Source: a virus
Strand: one strand, 5' to 3'
DNA length: 64,000 nucleotides
IMG/VR virus record: IMGVR_UViG_3300027747_002377
Location: 18,373-82,372 of that record
Part shown: positions 28,028 to 36,892 of the stretch, piece by piece
Numbering within the stretch: the stretch's first letter is position 1
Layout: each line of letters starts with the position of its first letter
The notes under the pieces: model-generated
The model's database searches: none
Told to the model about the DNA's origin: nothing
The model's input: only the letters and a program-made list of their open reading frames with translations
Translations under genes and position numbers: made by a program

Positions 28028-28627
28028 ATGGCTGACAAACAAAGCTACCTGCAACTTTCTGAATCCATTCAACACGTCACTTTCTTGAAGGATCTTCCTG
28101 ATGTAAGTGAAGATGAGAAGTCTGAACTACAAACACACATCAAAGATCTTGCCTCCAGGCAGGAAAATAAGTTTGATAACATCATTGGAATGATAAAGAA
28201 GTGTGATGCCTACATAGAGGCATTGGAGAATGAGATGGAAGAAATTAAAAACAACCGTGATGCGTGGAAACGCAACAAAGAAAACCTTATTAAGATCATT
28301 AAGTTTGCTTATCAACAGAACCTAATAAGTAATACGCCTACTGGTAACAAGTATCAAGCAACTATTAGGCCCGTTAAACCTAGGTTGGTTGATAACTTTG
28401 ACCAGTGGACAGATCCGGACAGAGCTGAGTACGGCCTAAGGAAGATCACAACCCTGGTACGGATCAAGGATGAGACAGTCCTGGAGTCCAAGCAGGAGGA
28501 GCTGCCTGATAAGGACCGTCTGCGGAAAGACATCCTTGCCAACCAAGAGAAGGCCCCTGCCGTAGCTCAACTTGTCCCAGGGTACAGCCTGGTCTATGAA
28601 CGGAGGAAGAGGTTAACCTCCTCATAA
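28028..28627 (+). CDS. siphovirus Gp157-like coiled-coil protein
   Basis: KFDNII..IK....IEALENEM...PDKDRLRK. Confidence 0.6.
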   Translation: MADKQSYLQLSESIQHVTFLKDLPDVSEDEKSELQTHIKDLASRQENKFDNIIGMIKKCDAYIEALENEMEEIKNNRDAWKRNKENLIKIIKFAYQQNLISNTPTGNKYQATIRPVKPRLVDNFDQWTDPDRAEYGLRKITTLVRIKDETVLESKQEELPDKDRLRKDILANQEKAPAVAQLVPGYSLVYERRKRLTSS

Positions 28628-28647
28628 CAACATGTTGAAATGTTAAA

Positions 28648-28678
28648 GCCCCTGGCACTCCTGCCCAGGGGCCTTTAT
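28648..28678 (+). terminator. probable terminator
   Basis: GCCCCTGGCA-CTCC-TGCCCAGGGGC followed by CTTTATT. Confidence 0.5.
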
Positions 28679-28709
28679 TATGCCTTCAGTTCAACCCTTC
28701 CTTTGAGCC

Positions 28710-29081
28710 ATGAACGATCCGCTTCAGTACACACCAGAAGAATTTACTGATAGGTTCCGAACCACGAGTCGGAATACCCTCAATTTAATGTCAGTGTTCA
28801 TAGAAGAACTTGTTGTTGCTGAAACACGTTTTAAAGATTGTGCTAGTTTCTACCCTGAATACTCCTTTAAAAATCTGTATGAAGTAACAAGTGACATGAT
28901 GTACCATACCCAACGTTTGTTCAATAAAGAAGAAGAAGGAGGAGAAGAAACTAAGATTGAAGGATTTTCATGCAACAATATGGGAGAGTTTCGTGTAATG
29001 ATGAAAGGTCTTCTTTATGAAGTCGTTATGGAATGTTTTGATATCGCAATAGAAGCAGTTAATGCTGAGGAGAAAAAATGA
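28710..29081 (+). CDS. hypothetical acidic protein
   Basis: 123 aa ORF. Confidence 0.65.
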   Translation: MNDPLQYTPEEFTDRFRTTSRNTLNLMSVFIEELVVAETRFKDCASFYPEYSFKNLYEVTSDMMYHTQRLFNKEEEGGEETKIEGFSCNNMGEFRVMMKGLLYEVVMECFDIAIEAVNAEEKK

Positions 29082-29287
29082 CTAAGCACGGTTGGAAGTA
29101 CTTTGACACAGTTGATGAAGAAGGTGTCATTACCTTTCCTGAAGAAGTCCTGAAACGTCTTGGCTGGTATGAAGGTATTGAGTTAGATTGTATTCCACAA
29201 AAAGACGGATCAATTCTTATCAGAGCCGTAGGTAACACTAATGAAAAAGAAGTACAGGGACCGACTGAGGAGACGGTTGTTGCTTAA
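29078..29287 (+). CDS. AbrB/MazE/SpoVT-like DNA-binding protein
   Basis: VDEEGVITFPEEVLKRLGWYEG.EL...DGSILIR. Confidence 0.7.
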   Translation: MTKHGWKYFDTVDEEGVITFPEEVLKRLGWYEGIELDCIPQKDGSILIRAVGNTNEKEVQGPTEETVVA

Positions 29288-29411
29288 CATCATCTCCTTT
29301 ATTGGGCAAAAGAAAAGTGATGACTACATTCGTGGGTATGAAGAATGCCTTCGTAATGTAGAAAGTTACTTAGGGGAGGTAGAACTTTATATAAATAATT
29401 CTGCTGAATAA
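29241..29411 (+). CDS. small hypothetical protein (56 aa)
   Basis: Manual translation MKKKYRDRLRRRLL...DYIRGYEECL. Confidence 0.45.
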   Translation: MKKKYRDRLRRRLLLNIISFIGQKKSDDYIRGYEECLRNVESYLGEVELYINNSAE

Positions 29412-29429
29412 AGTTTAACTTGTAAGCAC

Positions 29430-29469
29430 AAGTCCGTCTCCTCTATCATTTAAAGGGGACGGATTTTTT
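29430..29469 (+). terminator. terminator-like hairpin with a -10 box in the loop
   Basis: AGTCCGTCTCCT-CTATCATTTAA-AGGGGACGGATT followed by TTTT. Confidence 0.6.
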
Positions 29470-29486
29470 ACTTCTCTGTTGCTACC

Positions 29487-29720
29487 ATGAAAAACAAAGC
29501 TAAAGCCTCATCAACACAGCCGGAATGGGTATGTAATGAGTGTGGAGAAAAGTATGGAACCTGGTACCAAGGCGGTGAGTACAGTGGACCTAAACATCTG
29601 ATGTCCACTATGCATGAGGACATGTGCGATGTCTGCCACAAAATTAGCGTATGTACTGAAGCCAGGGACTATGGTTACTTGATCAAAGCCTGGCTTACAG
29701 CAGATAGAGAAAAGCTTTAA
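29487..29720 (+). CDS. small zinc-finger protein
   Basis: WVCNECG...CDVC...TEARDYGYL. Confidence 0.65.
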   Translation: MKNKAKASSTQPEWVCNECGEKYGTWYQGGEYSGPKHLMSTMHEDMCDVCHKISVCTEARDYGYLIKAWLTADREKL

Positions 29721-29739
29721 CACAGTGTCTGCTTATCAG

Positions 29740-31077
29740 TTACCTACTTATTTCTTCCCAATCTACAGAAGCAAAAACACTCCCGCCATTGTCACTTGCG
29801 ACGACAAGTGTTGACTCAAAAGCAGTTGAAGTAAATGTATTCCTTTCCAATTGAAACTTAAATAAAGCTTCTTTTAATATATCTACAGAAGTGGTGCTCT
29901 GATTTGATGCAGAAAAATAACCACTTGCCAACGTTCTACCGTTTGCAAAACTTGTTCCTGTAATGTTGTATTCAACAGCTGAGTCAGATCCTGCACTAAC
30001 CCAAGTGCCTGCAGTTGTTGTACCTGAGGCAATAACTTTCCAGTTATAGTTAACCCCATTACCTGTGCCCAGTAAAGATAGGGCGGTCAAAATTACAATT
30101 GCATCTAAAAAATTTGGTGATGCTTTAAGACGAATTGAAATAATTGGATAGTACGTACCAGCAGTTGAAGTTGTTCTTGCCGCTGTAATAGGTATTGATA
30201 CTGATTGCTGTAATCCGCGTAGCTCGTAGCCACCTTCTGATATTACAGTGGAACAAATCTGTTTTAGTATGCTGCTGCCTGATGTTGTTCCAGTGTTCTC
30301 AATCTCGTAACGCAACGGCAGCGATGCAGTTGTAATATAGGTTGACGTTATTAAATTTGCGTGATGGAATTGATGGCAAAGTATGAATTTACCGTCAATA
30401 ACAAAGCCCATTCTTACCGTACCTAAACCAAGCCACTCGATATCCATCCATAAAATCTGTGCCTTAGTAATATCTAAGGTCATTTTTGATGGTCCTGTGC
30501 CATCCATCTTGTCGTAATTCCAAGATGATTGATTTACTTTTGTATCTACAGTAGATCCAGACACATAACTACGTTCAACAAATGACAGAACTGTTCCACC
30601 TGTTCCATCTAGCTCCAGAAACATTCCATTTTGATCCCCGTAGTAACCTAACCGCTGCCTAAGGTTTGCTTTTGCTGAAGACATTACAAATGTAGTCATC
30701 ACCAGTAAAGACTTACCAGGTAAATAGGGTAATACTTTTGTTGTTTCTCGGTAAACTTTGGAACCAGAAGTAGTTGTAACGCTTAGCTCTACTAGACCTT
30801 GATTTGCACTAAATGCTGCTGCACCACCGGTTGCCGTTAACGTGTTCCAAAGTCCGTTGTCTTTATAACGATGGCTAGAATCGAACAACGTTAGCGGATT
30901 AGACACCCTGAGGCGACCAAAAGCATCCAGTGCTGCTGACTTGGTTCCGGTGCCAGGGTCTGTAGTTACACTGATTGGCTGGCCAGTAAGGGCAACGTTT
31001 GTAGGGGCATCGTTATATGGGGACATCTTGATGACTTCATAACGATTGAAGTCCGTTGAATCGATAATGGTTGCCAC
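29740..31077 (-). CDS. virion structural protein (beta-rich)
   Basis: DAFGRLRVSNPLTLFDSSHRY; DIEWLGLGTVRMGF; T/S-rich. Confidence 0.7.
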   Translation of the reverse strand: MATIIDSTDFNRYEVIKMSPYNDAPTNVALTGQPISVTTDPGTGTKSAALDAFGRLRVSNPLTLFDSSHRYKDNGLWNTLTATGGAAAFSANQGLVELSVTTTSGSKVYRETTKVLPYLPGKSLLVMTTFVMSSAKANLRQRLGYYGDQNGMFLELDGTGGTVLSFVERSYVSGSTVDTKVNQSSWNYDKMDGTGPSKMTLDITKAQILWMDIEWLGLGTVRMGFVIDGKFILCHQFHHANLITSTYITTASLPLRYEIENTGTTSGSSILKQICSTVISEGGYELRGLQQSVSIPITAARTTSTAGTYYPIISIRLKASPNFLDAIVILTALSLLGTGNGVNYNWKVIASGTTTAGTWVSAGSDSAVEYNITGTSFANGRTLASGYFSASNQSTTSVDILKEALFKFQLERNTFTSTAFESTLVVASDNGGSVFASVDWEEISR

Positions 31078-31142
31078 GTTTGTGCTGCTTGAGTTGTTCT
31101 AAGTGTAGAGCATTATGCTGATGGAGTAGTTGCTGCCTCACC

Positions 31143-31379
31143 ATGAGGGACATCAAAAAGCTTAAGTACCGTGGTCAAGCCTCAGAAATCCTGGATTCTA
31201 TTGAGTTCGAGGGTTACGAGATCAAATCTCTGCGCCACGGGAACACCAATCACGTCCTGTACTGCTATCCCAGGGCTGAGGATGGTGAACCCTGCTGGGG
31301 TATGGACCTTGAAACTGCTAAGAAATGCGTTCTTAAAAATAAAAAGCGCAAGGTTGTTGTTACAAACGAATGTGAATAA
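31143..31379 (+). CDS. hypothetical protein
   Basis: 78 aa ORF. Confidence 0.6.
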   Translation: MRDIKKLKYRGQASEILDSIEFEGYEIKSLRHGNTNHVLYCYPRAEDGEPCWGMDLETAKKCVLKNKKRKVVVTNECE

Positions 31380-31424
31380 ACTCCTATAGAATCAAAATGT
31401 AACGTTAACTTTGGAATAGGACCA

Positions 31425-31688
31425 GTGGCAAGACCTAGCATGAACCATGAAGCACTTATGGACGATCTGGCTTACCAGATCCATGAGTTCTTAATGGAAG
31501 AAGCAACTGAGTATAAGGGTGATCACCTGGTCCTTATTCCTGTAACAGCAATCGTGAAGAAATTTGGGCGTAACCATAGAACAATTGCTCGCCGGTTATC
31601 TGCACTTAAGGATCATGGGTTGCTGTTGCCTATTATAAAAAAAGATTACACTACTCTTTACTACGTAAAAGAGGAAGAGGAAAACTAA
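31425..31688 (+). CDS. winged-helix DNA-binding protein
   Basis: VTAIVKKFGRNHRTIARRLSALKDHGLL. Confidence 0.65.
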   Translation: MARPSMNHEALMDDLAYQIHEFLMEEATEYKGDHLVLIPVTAIVKKFGRNHRTIARRLSALKDHGLLLPIIKKDYTTLYYVKEEEEN

Positions 31689-31996
31689 TGGTTGAAGAAC
31701 CCGGCAAAAACAATGGTAATCCTGCAGCAGATATTGCATATTTGCTTGCATCTTTTTCTGATAACGGAAGATCTTTACGTTCTTTTATAAATCATCCCCA
31801 GGAACTTGGGGTCTGCATTCTGACTGCAGGGCTACTGGCTAACTCGAAGCTCATGATCAGCCCTGAGGATGCAGTAAGAAGTAGCTTTGACATTTATACC
31901 AAGATCCAGGGGCACGTTGCCCGTTATCAGAATATGCAGTTTGCGAATAATATTGAGGGTTGTTTTGAGCGTCATCCAGAGGTGGACGGGGACTAA
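31688..31996 (+). CDS. hypothetical protein
   Basis: 102 aa, coupled. Confidence 0.65.
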   Translation: MVEEPGKNNGNPAADIAYLLASFSDNGRSLRSFINHPQELGVCILTAGLLANSKLMISPEDAVRSSFDIYTKIQGHVARYQNMQFANNIEGCFERHPEVDGD

Positions 31997-31999
31997 CCC

Positions 32000-32371
32000 T
32001 TAAGCCTCATTGGGCACCGGGATCGCCCTGCTAAAAATTTTGGTGACGCTTCCCCCTGCTTCCAGTTCCTGTTTTAGTACCTCACAAGCCGCATCGGGAT
32101 TTGTGTGTTGACCGCAGGTAAAGACATCAATTGCTGCGTAATTTAGTTCGGGCCAGGTATGGACGGATATGTGGGACTCTGATAGCAGTGCTAGCGCCGT
32201 GACCCCTTGCGGTTCAAATTTGTGACTTATCAATTGCAAAAGCGTTGCGCCGGAACGGGTTACAGCTTTTTGAATAGCTTCTTTGATGAAGTCTTCGTTG
32301 TTTAAATGGTCAGGGTTGCTGTCGTACACCTCAAGGATACAGTGACGACCAAGCGTTGCTACCTCATGCAC
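32000..32371 (-). CDS. speD: S-adenosylmethionine decarboxylase proenzyme (class 1b)
   Basis: HKFEPQGVT, LLSE|SHISVHTWPE, DVFTCG. Confidence 0.9.
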   Translation of the reverse strand: MHEVATLGRHCILEVYDSNPDHLNNEDFIKEAIQKAVTRSGATLLQLISHKFEPQGVTALALLSESHISVHTWPELNYAAIDVFTCGQHTNPDAACEVLKQELEAGGSVTKIFSRAIPVPNEA

Positions 32372-32465
32372 TTCTACAGGACACGCATTTTTTTGCCATT
32401 CTAAGGTCCAGAATCCTCGCCAAGATACAAAAATCGGTTACTGTACCGGTAGGTGAATTCTTTTC

Positions 32466-33389
32466 ATGCCTACCGCGTGCCTGGATATTGACGTGGAGGT
32501 GCTTGAAAGCATCTACCTAGAGCGCAAAATTCACCCCTTGTACTCTCGAACTGCGCCTCATACTCAGTTCTTGCAGTACCGCAGCGAAGGAGATACCCGA
32601 CTCACCATCAACGGGAGTCGGCACTACAAGACTCCATACGGTGCACTTCCGTCTGTAACTACCATCCTCTCTGCAACGGGTGGTAATAAGGCTGCCCTAG
32701 AAAGATGGGCAAAGAAAAATCCTGGTGGTCGTGAAGCTGCTGCCGCCAGGGGGACTCGGGTTCACAGCTTGATGGAGGAGTACCTCCTTGGTGTAGAGAA
32801 GAATCCGGTCATTGATGATCCAGAAATTGAGGCGTTCTGGAATGGATTGCCGGAGAAATTGGACAAGCTTGGACGTGTGTTATGGGCTGAGAACCCAGTC
32901 GGTGACAACTTTTCTTGGACCATTGGTGGTGATGGGGTGAGTCGTGTTTGGCATCCAGGAATCAATGAGAGTGAGAACTGGGGATGGGCAGGCGCACCAG
33001 ATATTGTTGCTGAGTACAAGGGCAAAATTATTCTTGGTGACCTAAAGACTTCAAATGGTCCTTACTACAGTCGTTGGCCGGGGTCTGAGACGTTGAAGAG
33101 TGAGTACGCCATGAGGCGCTCTGGATTTATGAAGTATCAGAAGTGCCAGATGCAGCTAGGTGCCTACGCGCTGGGCCTGGAGCACACCATTGGAGTGGTG
33201 CCTGAGGTCTTCATGACGTTCGTTGCTACCAGGGATCGGACGCAGGTTTTTGCTGTGCAGGGAAGCACGATTGAGAAGTACAAGAACAAGTGGCTGGAGG
33301 CTGTGACAAAATATTACAGTGAGATTCTTCCGGCTCAAAACGAGATCGACATGGAAGCTGTAGATGGCGACAAGGCTGAAGGGGCTTAA
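32466..33389 (+). CDS. PD-(D/E)xK exonuclease
   Basis: LPSVTTIL, RGTRVH, AGAPD, DLKTS, QLGAY. Confidence 0.85.
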   Translation: MPTACLDIDVEVLESIYLERKIHPLYSRTAPHTQFLQYRSEGDTRLTINGSRHYKTPYGALPSVTTILSATGGNKAALERWAKKNPGGREAAAARGTRVHSLMEEYLLGVEKNPVIDDPEIEAFWNGLPEKLDKLGRVLWAENPVGDNFSWTIGGDGVSRVWHPGINESENWGWAGAPDIVAEYKGKIILGDLKTSNGPYYSRWPGSETLKSEYAMRRSGFMKYQKCQMQLGAYALGLEHTIGVVPEVFMTFVATRDRTQVFAVQGSTIEKYKNKWLEAVTKYYSEILPAQNEIDMEAVDGDKAEGA

Positions 33390-33448
33390 TGCCAGATTCA
33401 TGCGCTGTAATTTGAAATTTATAGGAAACGCCGCTAAACTGAGCCAAT

Positions 33449-36037
33449 ATGTCCCTTGCTGCTATGGATTCCAGGCCCCCTAGGAAGGCACTCCAACCTG
33501 GGGAGATCAACCTGGATCTTATCCCAGAGGACTGGGCTTTAACTCCTCTTAATGGGAAGCGGGCTTATGTCAGTGGTTGGACTTCTAATCCATATACTAT
33601 TAATCAGATTAAGGAAGAGTTAAGCGCTGGTCGTGCTACCGGCATTGGTCTACTGAGTGGCCAGCACTGCAATGAGTATGGGCTCATCTGGGTAGACATT
33701 GACGGAGAAGAGGCGATACCAGCTATTGAGGCCATGGGTGGTGGTCCTCTTGATTCAATCTTTCCGCCAACACTGACCATCACCAGTGGGAAGCCGGGTA
33801 AGTCACGGATGCTGTTCCGTGTGCCGAACCACAAGGTAGAGATGTTGCCAGATAAGGCTACCTTGAAGCTCGATAAGGGGCCATGGGAGATCCTTTGGAG
33901 GAGCAGGCAAGGCGCCTTGATGGGTGCTCACCCCGATACAAATGGCTACCATACCTCCCCTCATGGTGGGTTTGAGTACGCAAAAAATTTGCCCGAGATG
34001 CCCGACTGGCTCTACAAAGCAATCAGTGATGCGTACCCCTCCAGTAAGTACCGCCGCAAAACAACTGGAGCGGGACACTATTTGGCGAAGAATATCACCC
34101 TTAATTATGAGGAGGATAGTACATATCAACTAGAGGTAATTATTGGTGAGGCGCAGCAGTACCTTGAGGCCATGTCCCCAGAACGGGCAGACGACTACGA
34201 AGAATGGGTTGCCGTTGGCATGTCCCTCCACCAAATTGATGACAGCTTATTGATTGATTGGATTGAGTGGTCAATGCAATCTGAATCTTTTGAGGAAGGT
34301 TGTTGTGAAGGTAAATGGGAATCATTTGAACGTCTGCCAGGTGGACCAAACCCTGAGGGAGCCCGTGGTCTTAAGACGTTACGAGCTAAGGCAAAGGAAG
34401 ACGGGTTCATTGATATGCACGGCTTTACCGCCCCAAGCATTGAAGAAGTTGCAAAGAGGATTGCAGCTGAAAGCAATGAAGCTTTTGCTGATTATGTGGC
34501 TTCTGGTGGTCAAGATTTCGATGGTGAGGAAGATGAGTACGTATCCGACGTTGGTGATTTCTTGAATTCTCTTGGGGCCAAGGGGAAGAACGGTAAAAAG
34601 TCCACCCGAAACCCTCCGCCGTCTGAGATTGCGGATTTTGTTATGCCGCTTTGCAGGAAGAACGGTTGGCTGTATGATCCACGGTTCGACGTTTTTATGC
34701 GCTATGACGAGAAACGCGGGATCTGGTCACGCCAAGGGTATAGCAAGGACTTTAAGCACGAAGTTCAGTTCACACTCTGTAACTTGCCACTGCCTAATGG
34801 TTATAGCAATAACCTCATTAATGATGTTTGCGGACTCCTCGAAGGCCACCTCGCTCATACCGACTGGAACGATGACGCGTCTATGCTGGCCTTCCGTAAC
34901 GGTGTTCTTGAACTCGATTCGGGTAACTTCCTAGAGCACAGCCGCAACAACTACATTACGTGGGGCCTTGATTTTGATTACAACCCACAGGTTCTCCCTG
35001 GTCCTATTGTTGACTGGCTTTCACGTACACAATATGGTGATAATGACCGAGTTCAGGTGCTGAGAGCCTGGTTGAGGGCCTGTTTGGTTGGTCGGGGTAA
35101 TGAGTTGCAACGGTTCCTTGAGGTCATTGGACCCGGTGGTCGCGGTAAATCTACCTATGCCAACCTATGTTGCGCCATGGTGGGGGCCGGGAACTACGCT
35201 AGTACCTCGCTCAACCAGCTGGAGCAGAGTAGGTTTGAGCTGTCCTCTATTAAGGACAAGCGCCTTACCTTAATCAATGATTCAGAGCGGTACGGTGGCT
35301 CAGCGCAGACCTTCAAAGCATTGACTGGTGGGGATTCCCTGCGTTATGAAGAAAAACTGAAGGCAATCGGTGAACCGTTTGTGTATACAGGGATGGTCAT
35401 GGTTGCTGCCAATGAACCGATTCAGACCACTGATAACACCAGTGGACTAGCCCGCCGTCGCCTCACCATTGAGTTCAACCGCAAGCTCTACGATAAGAGT
35501 AGCGAAGCTAAAGACATGATTAAGATCGATAAAGGCAGCATTAGTGGCGTATGGAAAGATTATCTTCCCGGTCTTGTTAATTGGGTTCTCGAAATGAGTG
35601 AAAAAGATATGCGTCGTTATCTGCTTGATACTGTTGAAATGGTTCCTGCCCTGCGTCGTGTCCGCAACAACATCCTTCTCAGCAGTAATAACTTAATTGA
35701 GTGGCTGCAGTCGGAAGTTGTTCTTGATAAAGATAGCGTGACTGCCGTAGGTAAGAAAGTTCCTGCCGCAAAAGATAGTAATACCCGTTACTACAATACG
35801 CACTCACACCTGTATCCAAGTTACTGTGAACATTGTGACTCCACAGGGTCTAAGCCCGTTGGTCAGAAGCGTTTTGTTAACTTGCTACAAGATTGCTGCA
35901 AGAATCAGCTTAACTTAGACGATGTTTATTCTTTCAACAAGGCAGGACGTACATTCTTTAAGGGCATTGCAATCCGTGCTTCTGAACAATCCTTTAGGGA
36001 TCTGCCCACTATTCTTCCCGAAGGTAAAGATCAGTAA
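33449..36037 (+). CDS. primase-helicase (Prim-Pol, PriCT-2, D5-type SF3 helicase)
   Basis: VDIDG, YEEWVAVGMSLH, AFRNGVL, Walker A GPGGRGKS, FKALTGGD. Confidence 0.9.
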   Translation: MSLAAMDSRPPRKALQPGEINLDLIPEDWALTPLNGKRAYVSGWTSNPYTINQIKEELSAGRATGIGLLSGQHCNEYGLIWVDIDGEEAIPAIEAMGGGPLDSIFPPTLTITSGKPGKSRMLFRVPNHKVEMLPDKATLKLDKGPWEILWRSRQGALMGAHPDTNGYHTSPHGGFEYAKNLPEMPDWLYKAISDAYPSSKYRRKTTGAGHYLAKNITLNYEEDSTYQLEVIIGEAQQYLEAMSPERADDYEEWVAVGMSLHQIDDSLLIDWIEWSMQSESFEEGCCEGKWESFERLPGGPNPEGARGLKTLRAKAKEDGFIDMHGFTAPSIEEVAKRIAAESNEAFADYVASGGQDFDGEEDEYVSDVGDFLNSLGAKGKNGKKSTRNPPPSEIADFVMPLCRKNGWLYDPRFDVFMRYDEKRGIWSRQGYSKDFKHEVQFTLCNLPLPNGYSNNLINDVCGLLEGHLAHTDWNDDASMLAFRNGVLELDSGNFLEHSRNNYITWGLDFDYNPQVLPGPIVDWLSRTQYGDNDRVQVLRAWLRACLVGRGNELQRFLEVIGPGGRGKSTYANLCCAMVGAGNYASTSLNQLEQSRFELSSIKDKRLTLINDSERYGGSAQTFKALTGGDSLRYEEKLKAIGEPFVYTGMVMVAANEPIQTTDNTSGLARRRLTIEFNRKLYDKSSEAKDMIKIDKGSISGVWKDYLPGLVNWVLEMSEKDMRRYLLDTVEMVPALRRVRNNILLSSNNLIEWLQSEVVLDKDSVTAVGKKVPAAKDSNTRYYNTHSHLYPSYCEHCDSTGSKPVGQKRFVNLLQDCCKNQLNLDDVYSFNKAGRTFFKGIAIRASEQSFRDLPTILPEGKDQ

Positions 36038-36044
36038 TTAAAAA

Positions 36045-36176
36045 CTACTTAGGGCCTGGATCTTTTCCTTTCATTACTACTTCACAGGCCCTTCTGTAGT
36101 AATCACAGTTAGTTTTCCCTGCTGTCTCCAGGGCAGCCTTTACTTTCTTCCAGTTATCAATTGTGTGTTGCTCCAT
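36045..36176 (-). CDS. small conserved cyanophage protein (43 aa, not in ORF track)
   Basis: MEQHTIDNWKKVKAALETAGKTNCDYYRRA. Confidence 0.65.
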   Translation of the reverse strand: MEQHTIDNWKKVKAALETAGKTNCDYYRRACEVVMKGKDPGPK

Positions 36177-36339
36177 TAGGTTCTATGGGGTCAATGGGCA
36201 TCTCATGTTTAGACTGACACCAGGTTCTGTCGTGTGGTATCGTTTCCGTACCGTACTCCCAGTCATCGTAGGTGTCAAGATTCCTGAGGAGTGTGGCTAA
36301 ACTTTCGATTAGTTGACGTTCGTCAGGTGTTAAGTTCAT
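36157..36339 (-). CDS. hypothetical protein
   Basis: 60 aa; DDWEYGTE. Confidence 0.55.
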   Translation of the reverse strand: MNLTPDERQLIESLATLLRNLDTYDDWEYGTETIPHDRTWCQSKHEMPIDPIEPNGATHN

Positions 36340-36659
36340 ACCCCTTTTATTTTGCTGTATTGTCTTACCTGATCTTCTGTCCAGCTGTCAGGACGTCCTA
36401 ACTGTCTTTTGGCATAATTTATTCTTCTAGTTAAGCCTGGTAAGTATATATCTGGGTCGATGGAAGGCTTCTCATTTATTTCAAAGCTTGGTGTACTTGA
36501 AATAAGTTGCTGCCCTACAAGTGGTCCGCCGCTCTCTTGTGCATACTGATCTTGAAGTCGTAATGAAGGAATATCGCTGCCCGCTTGGCTATAATCCTCC
36601 ATTCCTTTTACGTATTGTTGAAGGAACCCTACTGCAGGAAAATCGTTATCTCCCATCAC
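36336..36659 (-). CDS. hypothetical protein (FLxxYV motif)
   Basis: 107 aa, coupled. Confidence 0.65.
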   Translation of the reverse strand: MMGDNDFPAVGFLQQYVKGMEDYSQAGSDIPSLRLQDQYAQESGGPLVGQQLISSTPSFEINEKPSIDPDIYLPGLTRRINYAKRQLGRPDSWTEDQVRQYSKIKGV

Positions 36660-36892
36660 CGCCCCATGCTATGTAGGAATTGGGTTACTCGATCTCCCAC
36701 CGGCATTTGTGAAGCCGCATTCTGTGGGTTGGTCTTCATGGCAGCCTTCTGGTTTGCCATTTGGTACGGTGCACTCACCGCCTGACCTTGGTTAGACCAC
36801 CCACCAGGGAGCATGCCTTGACGTTGAACGCCATCTACATGCCCCATCTGGCTGTAATCAAATCCCGAAGGGTTGTACTGTTGGTGCATCAT
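36656..36892 (-). CDS. Gln/Gly/Met-rich hypothetical protein
   Basis: 78 aa, coupled. Confidence 0.6.
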   Translation of the reverse strand: MMHQQYNPSGFDYSQMGHVDGVQRQGMLPGGWSNQGQAVSAPYQMANQKAAMKTNPQNAASQMPVGDRVTQFLHSMGR

